Positions 19,801-28,606 of a stretch of 64,000 nt of DNA are shown here, one piece after another. Position numbers and translations under genes: made by a program. The notes under the pieces were generated by a model. The model had not been told where the DNA came from, searched no databases, and saw only the letters and a list, made by a program, of their open reading frames with translations. The stretch comes from an uncultured Flavobacteriales bacterium. Its GTDB lineage: Bacteria > Bacteroidota > Bacteroidia > Flavobacteriales > Weeksellaceae. How positions within the stretch are numbered: the stretch's first letter is position 1; every line of letters starts with the position of its first letter. Location of the stretch: positions 8,232-72,231 of the forward strand of contig CALJKL010000078.1 in NCBI GenBank assembly GCA_937973555.1, read 5' to 3'.

Positions 19801-20559
19801 ACCAATTGTGAATATGAAACGCAGAATGCTTTCAGAAAAGAAGGCGCTTTGGTAGAAAGTTTACCATTGGTGAATCTAAATCATCAGTTGTTGGAAGAAA
19901 GCATAGAGGCTTGGGCAGATAAGATAAAGCAGTCACAGATTTTGGTGTTCTCTGGTGGTTTTTCTGCCGGTGATGAACCGGATGGTTCGGCCAAATTTAT
20001 TGTGAATGTGCTTAAAAACCAGAAAATGAAAGATGCCGTTCATGAATTGCTTTCCAGAGACGGAATGATTTTGGGCATCTGCAACGGCTTCCAAGCATTA
20101 GTGAAATCTGGTTTATTGCCGTACGGAGAAATTAGAGATTTGGATGCGGATTCGCCTACATTGGCGCATAATGCTATCGGAAGACATATTTCTCAAATGG
20201 TGGATGTAAAGGTGCTGAATGATGATTCTCCTTGGTTAAAAGGAATGAAAAACCAAGTATATACCATCCCTATTTCGCATGGCGAAGGAAGATTTATGGC
20301 TTCAGAAGAAGTCTTGAAGGCGCTTTACCAAAAAGGACAGATTGCTACGCAGTACAGAGATGCGGAAGGAAATGTGGCTCACGGAATGCCTTTCAATCCT
20401 AATAATTCTTTATTCGGAATAGAAGGAATCACGAGTGAAAGTGGTAAGATTTTCGGTAGAATGGGACATCCGGAGCGTTTCACAGAAGGATTGTTCAAGA
20501 ATATCCCAACCGCCAACTATCACAATATTTTCAAAAACGGAGTTGAATATTTTAAATAA
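16870..20559 (+). CDS. purL: phosphoribosylformylglycinamidine synthase, single-chain large form
   Basis: FGAM synthetase blocks (HNHPTEIEPFGGA, SESQERM) and a C-terminal glutaminase (GICNGFQ, HGEGRF). The start is set at ATG 16870 (MNRRIFVEKK) because the longer track ORF runs through the terminator hairpin. Confidence 0.96.
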   Translation: MNRRIFVEKKGIFDVESPKILNEIKTILPGVQSVKVYNVYDIFGLDETDFEKVVNNTFVDPVVDILHKENPAKTLHFATEFLPGQYDQRADSAQQCIALLTGNEKATVRSGKLMEISGISDADFHKIKDLLINKVESQEKNLSVLEIPAEETPDKIKVFDEFNSFTPSQLHDFYNNYGFAFGLDDLQFIQDYFKSENRNPTETELKVLDTYWSDHCRHTTFETELTDIQFEGKFKETLENIFKDYLEKRKFLGREAKPISLMDLATVCARYFHKTGKLDNLVVSDEINACTIEIEAEFDGKKEPWYLLFKNETHNHPTEIEPFGGASTCLGGAIRDPLSGRAFVFQAMRLTGAADVLEPVSKTLPGKLPQRTITKQAANGYSSYGNQIGLATTHVSEIYDEGYKAKRMEVGFVAGAVPKDWVRREKPVKGDLVIILGGATGRDGVGGATGSSKEQDETSIHTLSTEVQKGNAVEERKIQRLFRNPEVTKLIKKSNDFGAGGVSVAIGEIADSLEINLDILPLKYEGLNGTELAISESQERMAVVIEAQEKEKFIKFCEAENIKAVEIAKVTNSGRMQMFWNGQKIVDLSREFLDTSGCSKKQEAKIAHLKNVKADEVVFNEDNFLKILAEKNVASQKGLVEMFDSTVGATTVALPFGGKYQLTETEGSVQTLPVQHAAHIETVSLASWGFDAEISKQNSLAGASLAVVESVAKIVAMGGDYRNIRLSFQEYFEKLGQNPEKWGKPLASLLGAYDAQMNLGLAAIGGKDSMSGTYQDIHVPPTLISFACANGEKKNIISPEFKKAGNFIYHFHHQFQENGLPNYENLKEIFEYIFENVQQKKIISLKTVKDGGVAVAVAKMCFGNNLGAEIKVEEKYLLEKNIGGFVIESTEKLDHHLLQLIGEVKSYEYLKISNLNIEIKKLLEVNFGTFENLFPTVEKDKIIINFEEELNGVEKKSIHILSHKIGNPRVFAPIFPGTNCEYETQNAFRKEGALVESLPLVNLNHQLLEESIEAWADKIKQSQILVFSGGFSAGDEPDGSAKFIVNVLKNQKMKDAVHELLSRDGMILGICNGFQALVKSGLLPYGEIRDLDADSPTLAHNAIGRHISQMVDVKVLNDDSPWLKGMKNQVYTIPISHGEGRFMASEEVLKALYQKGQIATQYRDAEGNVAHGMPFNPNNSLFGIEGITSESGKIFGRMGHPERFTEGLFKNIPTANYHNIFKNGVEYFK

Positions 20560-20577
20560 AAAAAATAAAAAATTAAT

Positions 20578-21297
20578 ATGAATAAAGGTGAAATGCTTTA
20601 CGAAGGAAAAGCAAAACAGGTTTTCGCAACGGATGTTGCAGACGAAGTAATCGTAAGATTTAAAGACGATGCAACGGCATTTAATGCTCAAAAAAGGGGA
20701 AGTTTTGACCTGAAGGGCGAAATGAACAATGCGATTACCACACTTATTTTCGAATATCTTCAGGAAAAAGGGATTCCTACCCATTTCATCAAATTGCTGA
20801 ATGAAAGAGAGCAGTTGGTGAAAAAAGTGTCCATCATTCCTTTGGAAATGGTAGTGAGAAACTACGCTGCAGGAAGCATGGCGCAAAGATTGGGCGTGGA
20901 AGAAGGCATTAAGTCTCCGGTAACCATTTTCGATATCTGTTACAAGAAAGACGAATTGGGAGATCCGTTGATTAATGATTATCACGCGATTTTCTTAGGT
21001 GCGGCAACCCGTCAAGATTTAGACGAAATGTATGCATTAACCGATAAAATCAATGAAATATTGAAAGAATTGTTTGATAAAATGAACATTATTTTGGTAG
21101 ATTTCAAAATTGAGTTGGGCAAAACGTCTGATGGTAAAATTGTTTTGGCTGATGAAATTTCTCCTGATACGTGTAGACTTTGGGATAAAGATACCATGAA
21201 GAAATTGGACAAAGACCGTTTCAGAAGAGACTTAGGCGAAGTAACAGAAGCCTATGTAGAAATATATGAAAGACTGAAAAAAGTACTTCAGAAATAA
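20578..21297 (+). CDS. purC: phosphoribosylaminoimidazole-succinocarboxamide synthase
   Basis: SAICAR synthetase pattern ([32 protein letters not shown]). Confidence 0.96.
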   Translation: MNKGEMLYEGKAKQVFATDVADEVIVRFKDDATAFNAQKRGSFDLKGEMNNAITTLIFEYLQEKGIPTHFIKLLNEREQLVKKVSIIPLEMVVRNYAAGSMAQRLGVEEGIKSPVTIFDICYKKDELGDPLINDYHAIFLGAATRQDLDEMYALTDKINEILKELFDKMNIILVDFKIELGKTSDGKIVLADEISPDTCRLWDKDTMKKLDKDRFRRDLGEVTEAYVEIYERLKKVLQK

Positions 21298-21311
21298 TTT
21301 TAAAAAAAATA

Positions 21312-22796
21312 ATGAAAGATTTAAAATCAACATATCAAGAAAAATTCAAAAACCAATTCTACGGAAGGAATTTGTTCAGAACTCAAGAAGAAGAGATGCT
21401 GGATGCCCCGAAAGAAGAATGTGGAATTTTTGGGTTATATTCTGATAATGAGGTAGATACCTTTTCTTTGGCACAGTTTGGGCTTTTTGCTTTGCAGCAC
21501 AGAGGACAAGAGGCTTGTGGGATTTCTGTATCTTCTAACGGAAGTATCCTTTCTGTAAAAGATGAGGGGTTGGTATTAGACGTGTTCAAGACCGTACCAA
21601 ATCCCGAAAAATTACTCGGAAATGCGGTGATTGGTCATACCCGTTATACTACAGCGGGAGACAAAAAGAAATACAACTTTCAGCCGTTCTTTGCCAAGAA
21701 TGAATACGACCAAATTATTCTGTCCATTGCCCATAACGGAAACTTAACCAATGCGCAAGAACTAAAAGCAGAATTGGAAGCAGAGGGAGTTATTTTCCGT
21801 GCTACTTCTGATTCTGAAGTCATCTTGAGGTTGATTCAGAAAAACCTGGATTTAGGCTTGCGAGGTGCTATTAAAGCCACCATGGAGCGTATAGAAGGAG
21901 CGTATTCTGTAGTAGGAATGACACGAAATAAGTTTTTTGCCTTTAGGGATTTTAATGGAATCCGTCCTTTGGTTTTAGGGGCTATTGATGAAAAGACTTT
22001 TGTCTGCGCATCAGAAACCTGTGCTTTAGATGCTGTAGGAGCGCAATATGTAAGGGATATCCTTCCTGGGGAGATTGTCTATACCAGTGACCATGAAGAA
22101 GGCTTGAAGAGCTATTTGGTCAAAGAAAATTGTGATAGAAGAATCTGTGCTTTTGAATATGTGTATTTTGCTCGTCCCGACAGTACTTTAGAAGGAATTA
22201 ATGTTCATGAAATCCGTGAAAAGTCTGGTGAAAAGATATGGGAGCAGGCTCCCGTGAATGCTGATGTGGTGATAGGGGTTCCGGATTCTGGAGTTCCTGC
22301 TGCCATTGGGTATTCTAAGGCATCGGGGATACCTTTCAGACCGGTTCTCATTAAGAACAGATATATTGCCAGAAGTTTCATTGTTCCCTCTCAGGAAATG
22401 AGAGAAAGGGTAGTGAATCTTAAATTGAACCCTATTGTTTCCGAAATCAAAGGAAAATCAGTGGTTATCATTGATGATTCTATCGTAAGAGGAACTACTT
22501 CTAAGCGTTTGGTGAAAATTTTACGAGATTGTGGGGCCAAAGAAATTCATTTTAGAAGTGTATCACCGCCTATTATAGCACCTTGTTTTTTGGGAATTGA
22601 TACACCTAAAAAAGATGATTTAATTGCAGCCAATATGAGTATAGAACAACTAAAAGATTATCTAGGAGTAGATACTTTGGAGTTTTTAAGCATTGATAAT
22701 CTTAAGATTATTTTGGGTTCAGAGAACCATTGTTTTGGATGTTTTACCGAAAAGTATCCTGTTCAAAAACCAAAAGAAACTGATTTGTTCAATTAG
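21312..22796 (+). CDS. purF: amidophosphoribosyltransferase
   Basis: Ntn nucleophile context ECGIFGLY, a PRPP-binding loop VVIIDDSIVRGTT, and C-terminal Cys residues. The N-terminus is uncertain; ATG 21396 is an alternative start. Confidence 0.93.
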   Translation: MKDLKSTYQEKFKNQFYGRNLFRTQEEEMLDAPKEECGIFGLYSDNEVDTFSLAQFGLFALQHRGQEACGISVSSNGSILSVKDEGLVLDVFKTVPNPEKLLGNAVIGHTRYTTAGDKKKYNFQPFFAKNEYDQIILSIAHNGNLTNAQELKAELEAEGVIFRATSDSEVILRLIQKNLDLGLRGAIKATMERIEGAYSVVGMTRNKFFAFRDFNGIRPLVLGAIDEKTFVCASETCALDAVGAQYVRDILPGEIVYTSDHEEGLKSYLVKENCDRRICAFEYVYFARPDSTLEGINVHEIREKSGEKIWEQAPVNADVVIGVPDSGVPAAIGYSKASGIPFRPVLIKNRYIARSFIVPSQEMRERVVNLKLNPIVSEIKGKSVVIIDDSIVRGTTSKRLVKILRDCGAKEIHFRSVSPPIIAPCFLGIDTPKKDDLIAANMSIEQLKDYLGVDTLEFLSIDNLKIILGSENHCFGCFTEKYPVQKPKETDLFN

Positions 22797-22842
22797 TAGC
22801 AATAGCGCTTTTAAAGATACTTTTTTTAGTTATTAAATATTG

Positions 22843-22868
22843 AAAACTGACTTCGTGTCAGTTTTTTT
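22843..22868 (+). terminator. rho-independent terminator after purF
   Basis: AAAACTGAC ttcgt GTCAGTTTT followed by a T-run. Confidence 0.75.
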
Positions 22869-22902
22869 ATTTTGGATTGATATTTGAGCAAAGTATTACA
22901 AT

Positions 22903-22910
22903 TATATTTG
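22903..22910 (+). promoter_or_regulatory. possible -7 box (TATATTTG), very close to the start codon
   Basis: Matches TAnnTTTG but lies only 4 nt before ATG 22915, so the transcript would be leaderless or the box is coincidental. Confidence 0.25.
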
Positions 22911-22914
22911 CATT

Positions 22915-23550
22915 ATGGAAGATTTACAGTTTATCGTTAGAGAACCCGAAAATATTACACCACAGACCCAATTGTTGGTACTGGTACATGGTTATGGAAG
23001 TAATGAAGAAGATTTGTTTTCTTTTCGTCATGATTTGCCAGAGGATTGGATTGTTGTGAGTTATAGAGCACCTAGAAATATAGATTATGGAGGTTTTGCT
23101 TGGTATGATATAGATTTTAACAATGCCGAAAAATTTATAGAAGTAGACCAAGCGGTAGAATCTATGAGGGCCATTATGAAATCTATTGATAATCTGAAGC
23201 ATCATTATGGTTTAGAGGGCAAAACCAACATTATTGGATTTTCTCAAGGTGGAGTGCTTTCTTATGCCATGACCCTCACTTATCCCGAATATTTTAATAA
23301 GGTGGCTTGTCTCAGTACCTATCCAGAACCTAAGATTTTAAACAATATCAAAGGAAAAAAAGAGATTGCTCATCTTAGGTTTTTTGTGTCTCATGGAAAT
23401 GAAGATGCCGTTATCCCTTTAGAATGGGGGAGAAAGGCTGCTGATTTTTTATATGAATTGGGAGCCTTTTTTACATTCAGAGAATATATGAATGGACATG
23501 GAGTAAATCAGAAAAATTATATGGACTTAATAGAATTCTTCAAAAATTGA
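22915..23550 (+). CDS. phospholipase/carboxylesterase-family alpha/beta hydrolase
   Basis: LVLVHGYGSNEEDL, nucleophile elbow GFSQGG, and HGNEDAVIP. Confidence 0.8.
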   Translation: MEDLQFIVREPENITPQTQLLVLVHGYGSNEEDLFSFRHDLPEDWIVVSYRAPRNIDYGGFAWYDIDFNNAEKFIEVDQAVESMRAIMKSIDNLKHHYGLEGKTNIIGFSQGGVLSYAMTLTYPEYFNKVACLSTYPEPKILNNIKGKKEIAHLRFFVSHGNEDAVIPLEWGRKAADFLYELGAFFTFREYMNGHGVNQKNYMDLIEFFKN

Positions 23551-23660
23551 TATTTTTTTTGATAATAATTTCCAAAAAAGTGTTAATTGGATTTCCATTA
23601 TTTATTTTTTGGCATGAATATTGGATATTGGAGTCCGAACACAAATGAAGGAAAAAATAA

Positions 23661-23700
23661 AATCCCTAATTCAGTTTTTCTGATTAGGGATTTCCTTTTT
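23661..23700. terminator. bidirectional terminator between esterase and pepP
   Basis: AATCCCTAATTCAG ttttt CTGATTAGGGATT (one bulge), flanked by an A-run and a T-run. Confidence 0.7.
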
Positions 23701-23701
23701 T

Positions 23702-25000
23702 TTATGAATTCATCAATTCTTCTATTTCTTCTACCTCTATAGGGATATTTTTCATTAAATTAAAGGCTGGGCTATTATTTTGTATCACCACATCATCTTC
23801 TAATCTTATTCCAATACCTTCGGCAGGAAGATAAATGCCGGGTTCTACTGTAAATACCATGTTTTCTACAAATTTATCAGAGAGAATACCGTAATCATGG
23901 GTGTCAAGTCCCATATGATGAGAGGTGCCGTGCATCATGTATTTTTTATAAGCTGGCCAGTCTTTGTTTTCATTTTGTACATCTGCCTTGTCTAGCAATC
24001 CCAATTCCAAAAACTTAGAAGTATAGAAATCACCACATTCTTTATGATAATCATACCAATTGTTTCCCGGAACCAACAAAGAAGTGGCGAAATTTTTCAT
24101 ATCCAAAACAGCGTTATATATCTGTTTTTGTCTTGCAGTGAATTTTCCATTCACAGGGATGGTTCTTGTAAGGTCACTGGAATAGTTGGCGTATTCTGCA
24201 CCCACATCCAATAAGATTAAATCACCGTCTTTACACTGCATATTGTTGGCAATATAATGCAACACATTGGCATTGCCTCCGCTAGCAATAATAGGAGTAT
24301 AAGCAAAACCTTTGCTTCGGTTTTTAATAAATTCATGAATAAGTTCTGCTTCTATTTCATATTCCCAAACGCCTGGTTTTATAAAGCCCAAAAGCCTTCT
24401 GATGCCTTTTTCGGTAATGTTACAGGCATTTTGTATCAAAGCCAATTCTTCAGTTTCTTTTATACTTCTTAAATGTTGAAGAATAGGATTGCTTCTTAAG
24501 ATTTCGTGTAGCGGAAACTCTTTTTTCACTTTTTCAATGAAGCGGTCTTCACGGGTCTGAACTTCCAATACTGCTCTGTAATGTTCGTTTCTGTTGAGGT
24601 AGATGTTTTCTGCCTCGTTCATGAGGTTGTAAAAGATTTTATCAAAATCCGTCAGCCACATTACTGTTTTAATGCCTGAAACTTCTGTTGCTTTTTCTTT
24701 GGTGAGTTTTTCGCCTTCCCAAATGGCAATATGCTCATTGGTTTCTCTTAAAAACAAAATCTCACGGTGCTCTTCTCTGTAGGCATCAGGGAAAATCAGC
24801 AAGATGCTTTCTTCTTGGTCTACACCGCTCAGGTAAAAGATGTCTCTGTGCTGCGCAAAAGGCATTGTAGAATCTGAACTGATGGGATATATATCATTAG
24901 AATTAAAAATTGCCAAAGACTTTGGCTGCATTTTTTCAGTAAATTTCTTTCTGTTTTTTACGAAAAGGGAACTGTTGATTTGTTCGTATTTTGTCGTCAT
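23702..25000 (-). CDS. pepP: Xaa-Pro aminopeptidase (M24B)
   Basis: Creatinase-like N-domain plus pita-bread motifs (LLDVGAEY, HGTSHHMGLDTHD, FTVEPGIY, IRLEDDV). Confidence 0.9.
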   Translation of the reverse strand: MTTKYEQINSSLFVKNRKKFTEKMQPKSLAIFNSNDIYPISSDSTMPFAQHRDIFYLSGVDQEESILLIFPDAYREEHREILFLRETNEHIAIWEGEKLTKEKATEVSGIKTVMWLTDFDKIFYNLMNEAENIYLNRNEHYRAVLEVQTREDRFIEKVKKEFPLHEILRSNPILQHLRSIKETEELALIQNACNITEKGIRRLLGFIKPGVWEYEIEAELIHEFIKNRSKGFAYTPIIASGGNANVLHYIANNMQCKDGDLILLDVGAEYANYSSDLTRTIPVNGKFTARQKQIYNAVLDMKNFATSLLVPGNNWYDYHKECGDFYTSKFLELGLLDKADVQNENKDWPAYKKYMMHGTSHHMGLDTHDYGILSDKFVENMVFTVEPGIYLPAEGIGIRLEDDVVIQNNSPAFNLMKNIPIEVEEIEELMNS

Positions 25001-25106
25001 CTTTATAAAAATTAATCAAGGTAAAGTTAAGATTTTTGATGAAATACCATAACATAAACTTCATTTAATTTTCCTTAATTTCGTTGCTTTATTTAATATC
25101 AATATT

Positions 25107-25538
25107 TTGTTCAGTAAAGAAGAGGCAGCCCAAATCAAAAAGGAATTTTGGACCAGTTTCGGAAAATCATTTCCGAGAAAATGGGTGTTGTATGATACCA
25201 AAATAAAAGATTTTGCCTTCAAGTTCTATTGTGATAATAAGAAAGCAGAGATCTCTATTGATATTGAAATAAAGGACGAAGTCTTTCGCAATGCCTATTA
25301 TGAGAAACTATGGTCTCTAGAAGGTATTCTGGAAGAAGAACTTGGAGGGGAGGTCTATAAAGACGAATTTTATGCCCTTGACAATGGCAAAATCATTTCC
25401 AGGTTTTGGGTAGAAAAACACGACGTTTCTATTTACAACAAGAATACTTGGCAAGACATTTTCGAGTTTTTTGTGGATAAGATGTCTGCTTTCGAAAGGG
25501 TGTATTGGGAATATGAAGATTTTATTAAAGATGTTTGA
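25107..25538 (+). CDS. DUF4268-like hypothetical protein (TTG start)
   Basis: 143-aa ORF with a good coding look; FSKEEAAQIKKEFWTSFG resembles DUF4268 N-termini. The start codon is TTG. Confidence 0.55.
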   Translation: MFSKEEAAQIKKEFWTSFGKSFPRKWVLYDTKIKDFAFKFYCDNKKAEISIDIEIKDEVFRNAYYEKLWSLEGILEEELGGEVYKDEFYALDNGKIISRFWVEKHDVSIYNKNTWQDIFEFFVDKMSAFERVYWEYEDFIKDV

Positions 25539-25618
25539 TGCTAAATTGTAAAGTTGAAAAAAGGTAAAGTTGTTTTTAACAATTTCACACTTTTACGATT
25601 TCATGATTTTACATTTAA

Positions 25619-27289
25619 TTATCCAAATTTTTTCTTTCTCAGCCAGAAGAAAATTCCACCCAATGCTCCTAAAATCAATAAAGGTGTCAATAGGTTAAAC
25701 CATTGCCAGTTGGTTTTTTCTTCATCTATTCTTCGTCTGTCCAGAAGTCTGGCTTCTATATTTCGGTTTCTGAGTTCAATGAGGTTGGCATCATCCAAAA
25801 GCCAATCGAGGCAATTTCTGAGGAACTGTTCGTTACCATATTGTTGATTGGTCAATAGGTCAGCCCCTAGCGGCAAAGGTTGTCCCTTCATCATTTGGTT
25901 TCTTCCTACATCTCCATCAGAAATAACAATCATTTTATTGTCTTTACTAGCACCGTTTTTAAAGTTCGGGAAGCCATTTTTTTCGCTTCTGGCTGCGTAT
26001 GCCGAAGTAAATTTTCCTTCTAGGCTTACTGCAAAAATCTTAGGCGTGGTAGGTTTTTCCATCACCGAAAGGCTATCTAAATTAGCCAGTTCTGTAAGCT
26101 CTACATAATTGGGAACCGTTTTGGAAGTGGTTCTGGCACTGGATTCATAGAGTACCTTGGTTTTGATATTTTTTCTGCCTAACGTATCAATCGCTGTAGG
26201 GAATTCAAATTTTACCGGATTAATATTTCTGGAAATAGGATTTTTGTTTTCGTTGATGCCCAAAGGGAAATAAGGCCAAATAAGGTTGGTGTATTGCGGA
26301 TTACCAGCTACTTCACCAGTTTGCAGACGGATAAGTGCTGCCTTCTGAAAATCCTTAATCAGAGGTGAATTGATTCTAACCCCGTAGTTGAAAAAGAAAT
26401 CCGTCATGTTGATGTCTATAGGATAAGCCATCAGTTTTTTCTTGGTCATCAGGGTGTCCATTTCCGCATTCACGGCATCAATCATCCATAGGGTTTTGCC
26501 ACCGTTCATGATGTATTGGTCTAGAATCACTTTTTCGGTATCGGTAAAAGCCTTTCTGGGTTTGGCAATCACCAAAGCATCCATTTGTTTTAGGTGCGGA
26601 ATATCAGCAAAAGACAAGTCTTTTTTATTTTCAGGAATAACAGGGCCTGCATTGTAGTTTTGCAACAACATTTCCATAAAACTGCGGAATTCATCTACTC
26701 TTAATTCATCTTGATTGATGAGAACGCCTACATTTTTTCTTTTTTCCGTCACCAAAGACTTGATGCTGGAAGCAAAATTAAATTCTAGATTTTCAATCGA
26801 TTTATTGAGTTGCTCGCTGGCGTCAATTCCCGCTTGGTTAATGATTAAAGGGATAGAAGTACCATAGCCCTTGTACTTCATTGCTGCATAGGGAAAAAGA
26901 ACAATTTGCGAAACCTTGCCATCTTTCATATCCGGCAATAGAGAAGGTTGTATGCCCATGGCCTGTAGCGTGTCTTGCGACATTTTGGTGGCAATAGGGT
27001 CTATGAATTTAAAATCTATTTTTGGATTTATTTTTCTGAATTCTTCTAATAAGAATTTGGTTTCATTTTGCAATTGCTTGAAATCTGCCGGGAAATCTCC
27101 TTCCAAAAAGACTTCCACCTTTAGGGGTTCTTTTACAGATTTCAAAGTTTCTATGGTAGCATCAGAAAGGGTATAGCGTTTTTCCTGTGTAAGGTCTAAT
27201 CTTATGCCCGATAAAATCAATACTATAAAAACAGGCATGACAATCAATAATGCCTTGAGATATGGATTTTTAAAATCAAACTTCTTCAT
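25619..27289 (-). CDS. gldG: gliding-motility-associated ABC transporter auxiliary protein GldG
   Basis: N- and C-terminal TM helices around a large periplasmic domain. It lies directly downstream of gldF (ATG 27289 is 5 nt after the gldF stop). Confidence 0.82.
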   Translation of the reverse strand: MKKFDFKNPYLKALLIVMPVFIVLILSGIRLDLTQEKRYTLSDATIETLKSVKEPLKVEVFLEGDFPADFKQLQNETKFLLEEFRKINPKIDFKFIDPIATKMSQDTLQAMGIQPSLLPDMKDGKVSQIVLFPYAAMKYKGYGTSIPLIINQAGIDASEQLNKSIENLEFNFASSIKSLVTEKRKNVGVLINQDELRVDEFRSFMEMLLQNYNAGPVIPENKKDLSFADIPHLKQMDALVIAKPRKAFTDTEKVILDQYIMNGGKTLWMIDAVNAEMDTLMTKKKLMAYPIDINMTDFFFNYGVRINSPLIKDFQKAALIRLQTGEVAGNPQYTNLIWPYFPLGINENKNPISRNINPVKFEFPTAIDTLGRKNIKTKVLYESSARTTSKTVPNYVELTELANLDSLSVMEKPTTPKIFAVSLEGKFTSAYAARSEKNGFPNFKNGASKDNKMIVISDGDVGRNQMMKGQPLPLGADLLTNQQYGNEQFLRNCLDWLLDDANLIELRNRNIEARLLDRRRIDEEKTNWQWFNLLTPLLILGALGGIFFWLRKKKFG

Positions 27290-27293
27290 ATTT

Positions 27294-28022
27294 CTACTTC
27301 TTTTGATTGATAAAATAATGAGACAAAAGCAATGCAAAGCTAATGGCTAAGAAAAAGTAGGCCACATCTTTGAAATCTATCAACCCTCTTGTAAAGGCCA
27401 TGAAATGGTGATAAAAACCTAAATTCTGAAGGATATAATCTGCTTTGCCCATGAGTTTGAAATTGGCCAATTGTTCCATCCCGAAATACAAGATAAAATT
27501 CATGAAAACCCCTAGCAGATAAGCCATGATTTGGTTTGAAGAAAGTGAACTTGCCAAAATTCCAACAGATGAAAACGCAGCAATTAATATCGTCAAACCA
27601 AAATAACTTCCCAAAGTGGCTCCAAAATCTAGATTCCCTTCCGGAACACCCAAAACATAAACAGAGTATAGATATACCAAAGAAGGCAATAGGCATAAGG
27701 TTCCAACAAACATTACCGCTAAAAATTTTCCGGAAATGATTTCAGAGATTTTTAAAGGTTGAGAAAAAAACCATTGCAGAGTTCCGCTTTGCTGCTCTTC
27801 GGCAAAAGTTTTCATCGCCAAAGCAGGAATGATGAACATAAACAACCACGGCGAAAGTGCAAAAAAGCTTTGAAGGCTGGCGGTGCCTATTTCGAGGATA
27901 TTAAAATCATTTTCAAAGAAAAATAAAAATAGAGCAGAGATAAAGGAATAAGCAGCAATGATGATCCATGCGCTCCAGTTTCCGAAATAGCTCCAAAGTT
28001 CTTTTTTTAGTATAGCTAGCAT
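27294..28022 (-). CDS. gldF: gliding-motility-associated ABC transporter permease GldF
   Basis: ABC-2 type six-helix permease of 242 aa, adjacent to gldG as in Flavobacterium johnsoniae. Confidence 0.82.
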   Translation of the reverse strand: MLAILKKELWSYFGNWSAWIIIAAYSFISALFLFFFENDFNILEIGTASLQSFFALSPWLFMFIIPALAMKTFAEEQQSGTLQWFFSQPLKISEIISGKFLAVMFVGTLCLLPSLVYLYSVYVLGVPEGNLDFGATLGSYFGLTILIAAFSSVGILASSLSSNQIMAYLLGVFMNFILYFGMEQLANFKLMGKADYILQNLGFYHHFMAFTRGLIDFKDVAYFFLAISFALLLSHYFINQKK

Positions 28023-28042
28023 TAAAGGTGTAGTTTAAAGTC

Positions 28043-28591
28043 TTATTTTTTCGTTTTCTTATTGACCAATTTTACCGTCATCATAATTACAAACACAATA
28101 ACGAAGAATCCTGAGATTAATTGCCACCAGTTTTCTATAGTTGCAGATTTTAAAATGACCGTAAAAACCACCAAAAATAAAATAAAGGTGGCGATTTCGT
28201 TGGCTTGTCTTAGTTTAAGGTTAGCAGTCTTCAATTCCCCATTTTGAAGGGCTTTGATTTCCAAAACCTTTTTCCAACTCCAGTAATGATAGGCGCCTAA
28301 TCCCAATAAAAACAAAAGTTTTAGTTGAAACCAATTCATTTGCAAAAGGGTGGGGTTCATCAAGATCATGATTAATCCGAATAAAAACATCAATATCCCT
28401 GCAGGAACGGTAATAATGTTCCATAATCTTCTGGCCATAAAGACATATTGCTCTCTTAAAATTTCTTTTTTAGGGGATTCAAATAGATCAGTGTCTTTAT
28501 AGTAAACAAAGATTCTTACAAGATAGAAGATCCCGGCAAAATAACTTACCATAAAGATAATGTGCAGTGCTTTTATAATGAGATAAGACAT
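28043..28591 (-). CDS. hemJ: protoporphyrinogen IX oxidase HemJ (CopD-like membrane protein)
   Basis: The N-terminus KALHIIFMVSYFAGIFYLVRIFVYY matches the conserved HemJ haem-ligand helix. It has four or more TM helices. Confidence 0.78.
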   Translation of the reverse strand: MSYLIIKALHIIFMVSYFAGIFYLVRIFVYYKDTDLFESPKKEILREQYVFMARRLWNIITVPAGILMFLFGLIMILMNPTLLQMNWFQLKLLFLLGLGAYHYWSWKKVLEIKALQNGELKTANLKLRQANEIATFILFLVVFTVILKSATIENWWQLISGFFVIVFVIMMTVKLVNKKTKK

Positions 28592-28606
28592 ATTCTTGGG
28601 TTGGGT

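Noticed and set aside
20410-20985. 191-aa minus-strand ORF spanning the purL 3' end, the purL-purC spacer and the purC 5' end.
   Set aside because: It is antisense to two conserved genes. Its composition (F, C, H, N rich) is non-protein-like, and it has no promoter box or terminator of its own.
21312-21422. 36 residues precede the catalytic Cys of PurF (MKDL...KEEC-GIFG), which looks like an unusually long propeptide.
   Set aside because: This cannot be distinguished from a mis-called start (ATG 21396 would give an 8-residue propeptide) without orthologue alignment or proteomics. It is not evidence of anything novel.
22877-23059. 60-aa plus-strand ORF overlapping the start of the esterase gene in another frame.
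   Set aside because: It is out of frame with, and mostly contained in, a better-supported 211-aa hydrolase ORF. It begins inside the terminator and promoter region.
23614-23742. Small ORF in the 110-nt untranslated stretch after the esterase gene. On first reading I took it for a 16-codon peptide.
   Set aside because: Frame checking shows a 42-codon ORF that runs through the bidirectional terminator hairpin and into the antisense of pepP. It has no promoter box, so it is most likely non-coding 3' UTR.
25554-26108. Plus-strand ORFs of 97 and 86 aa overlapping the gldG 3' region.
   Set aside because: They are antisense to gldG and their sequences are low-complexity (S, L, F, R). The upstream spacer is better explained as the DUF4268 gene 3' region.
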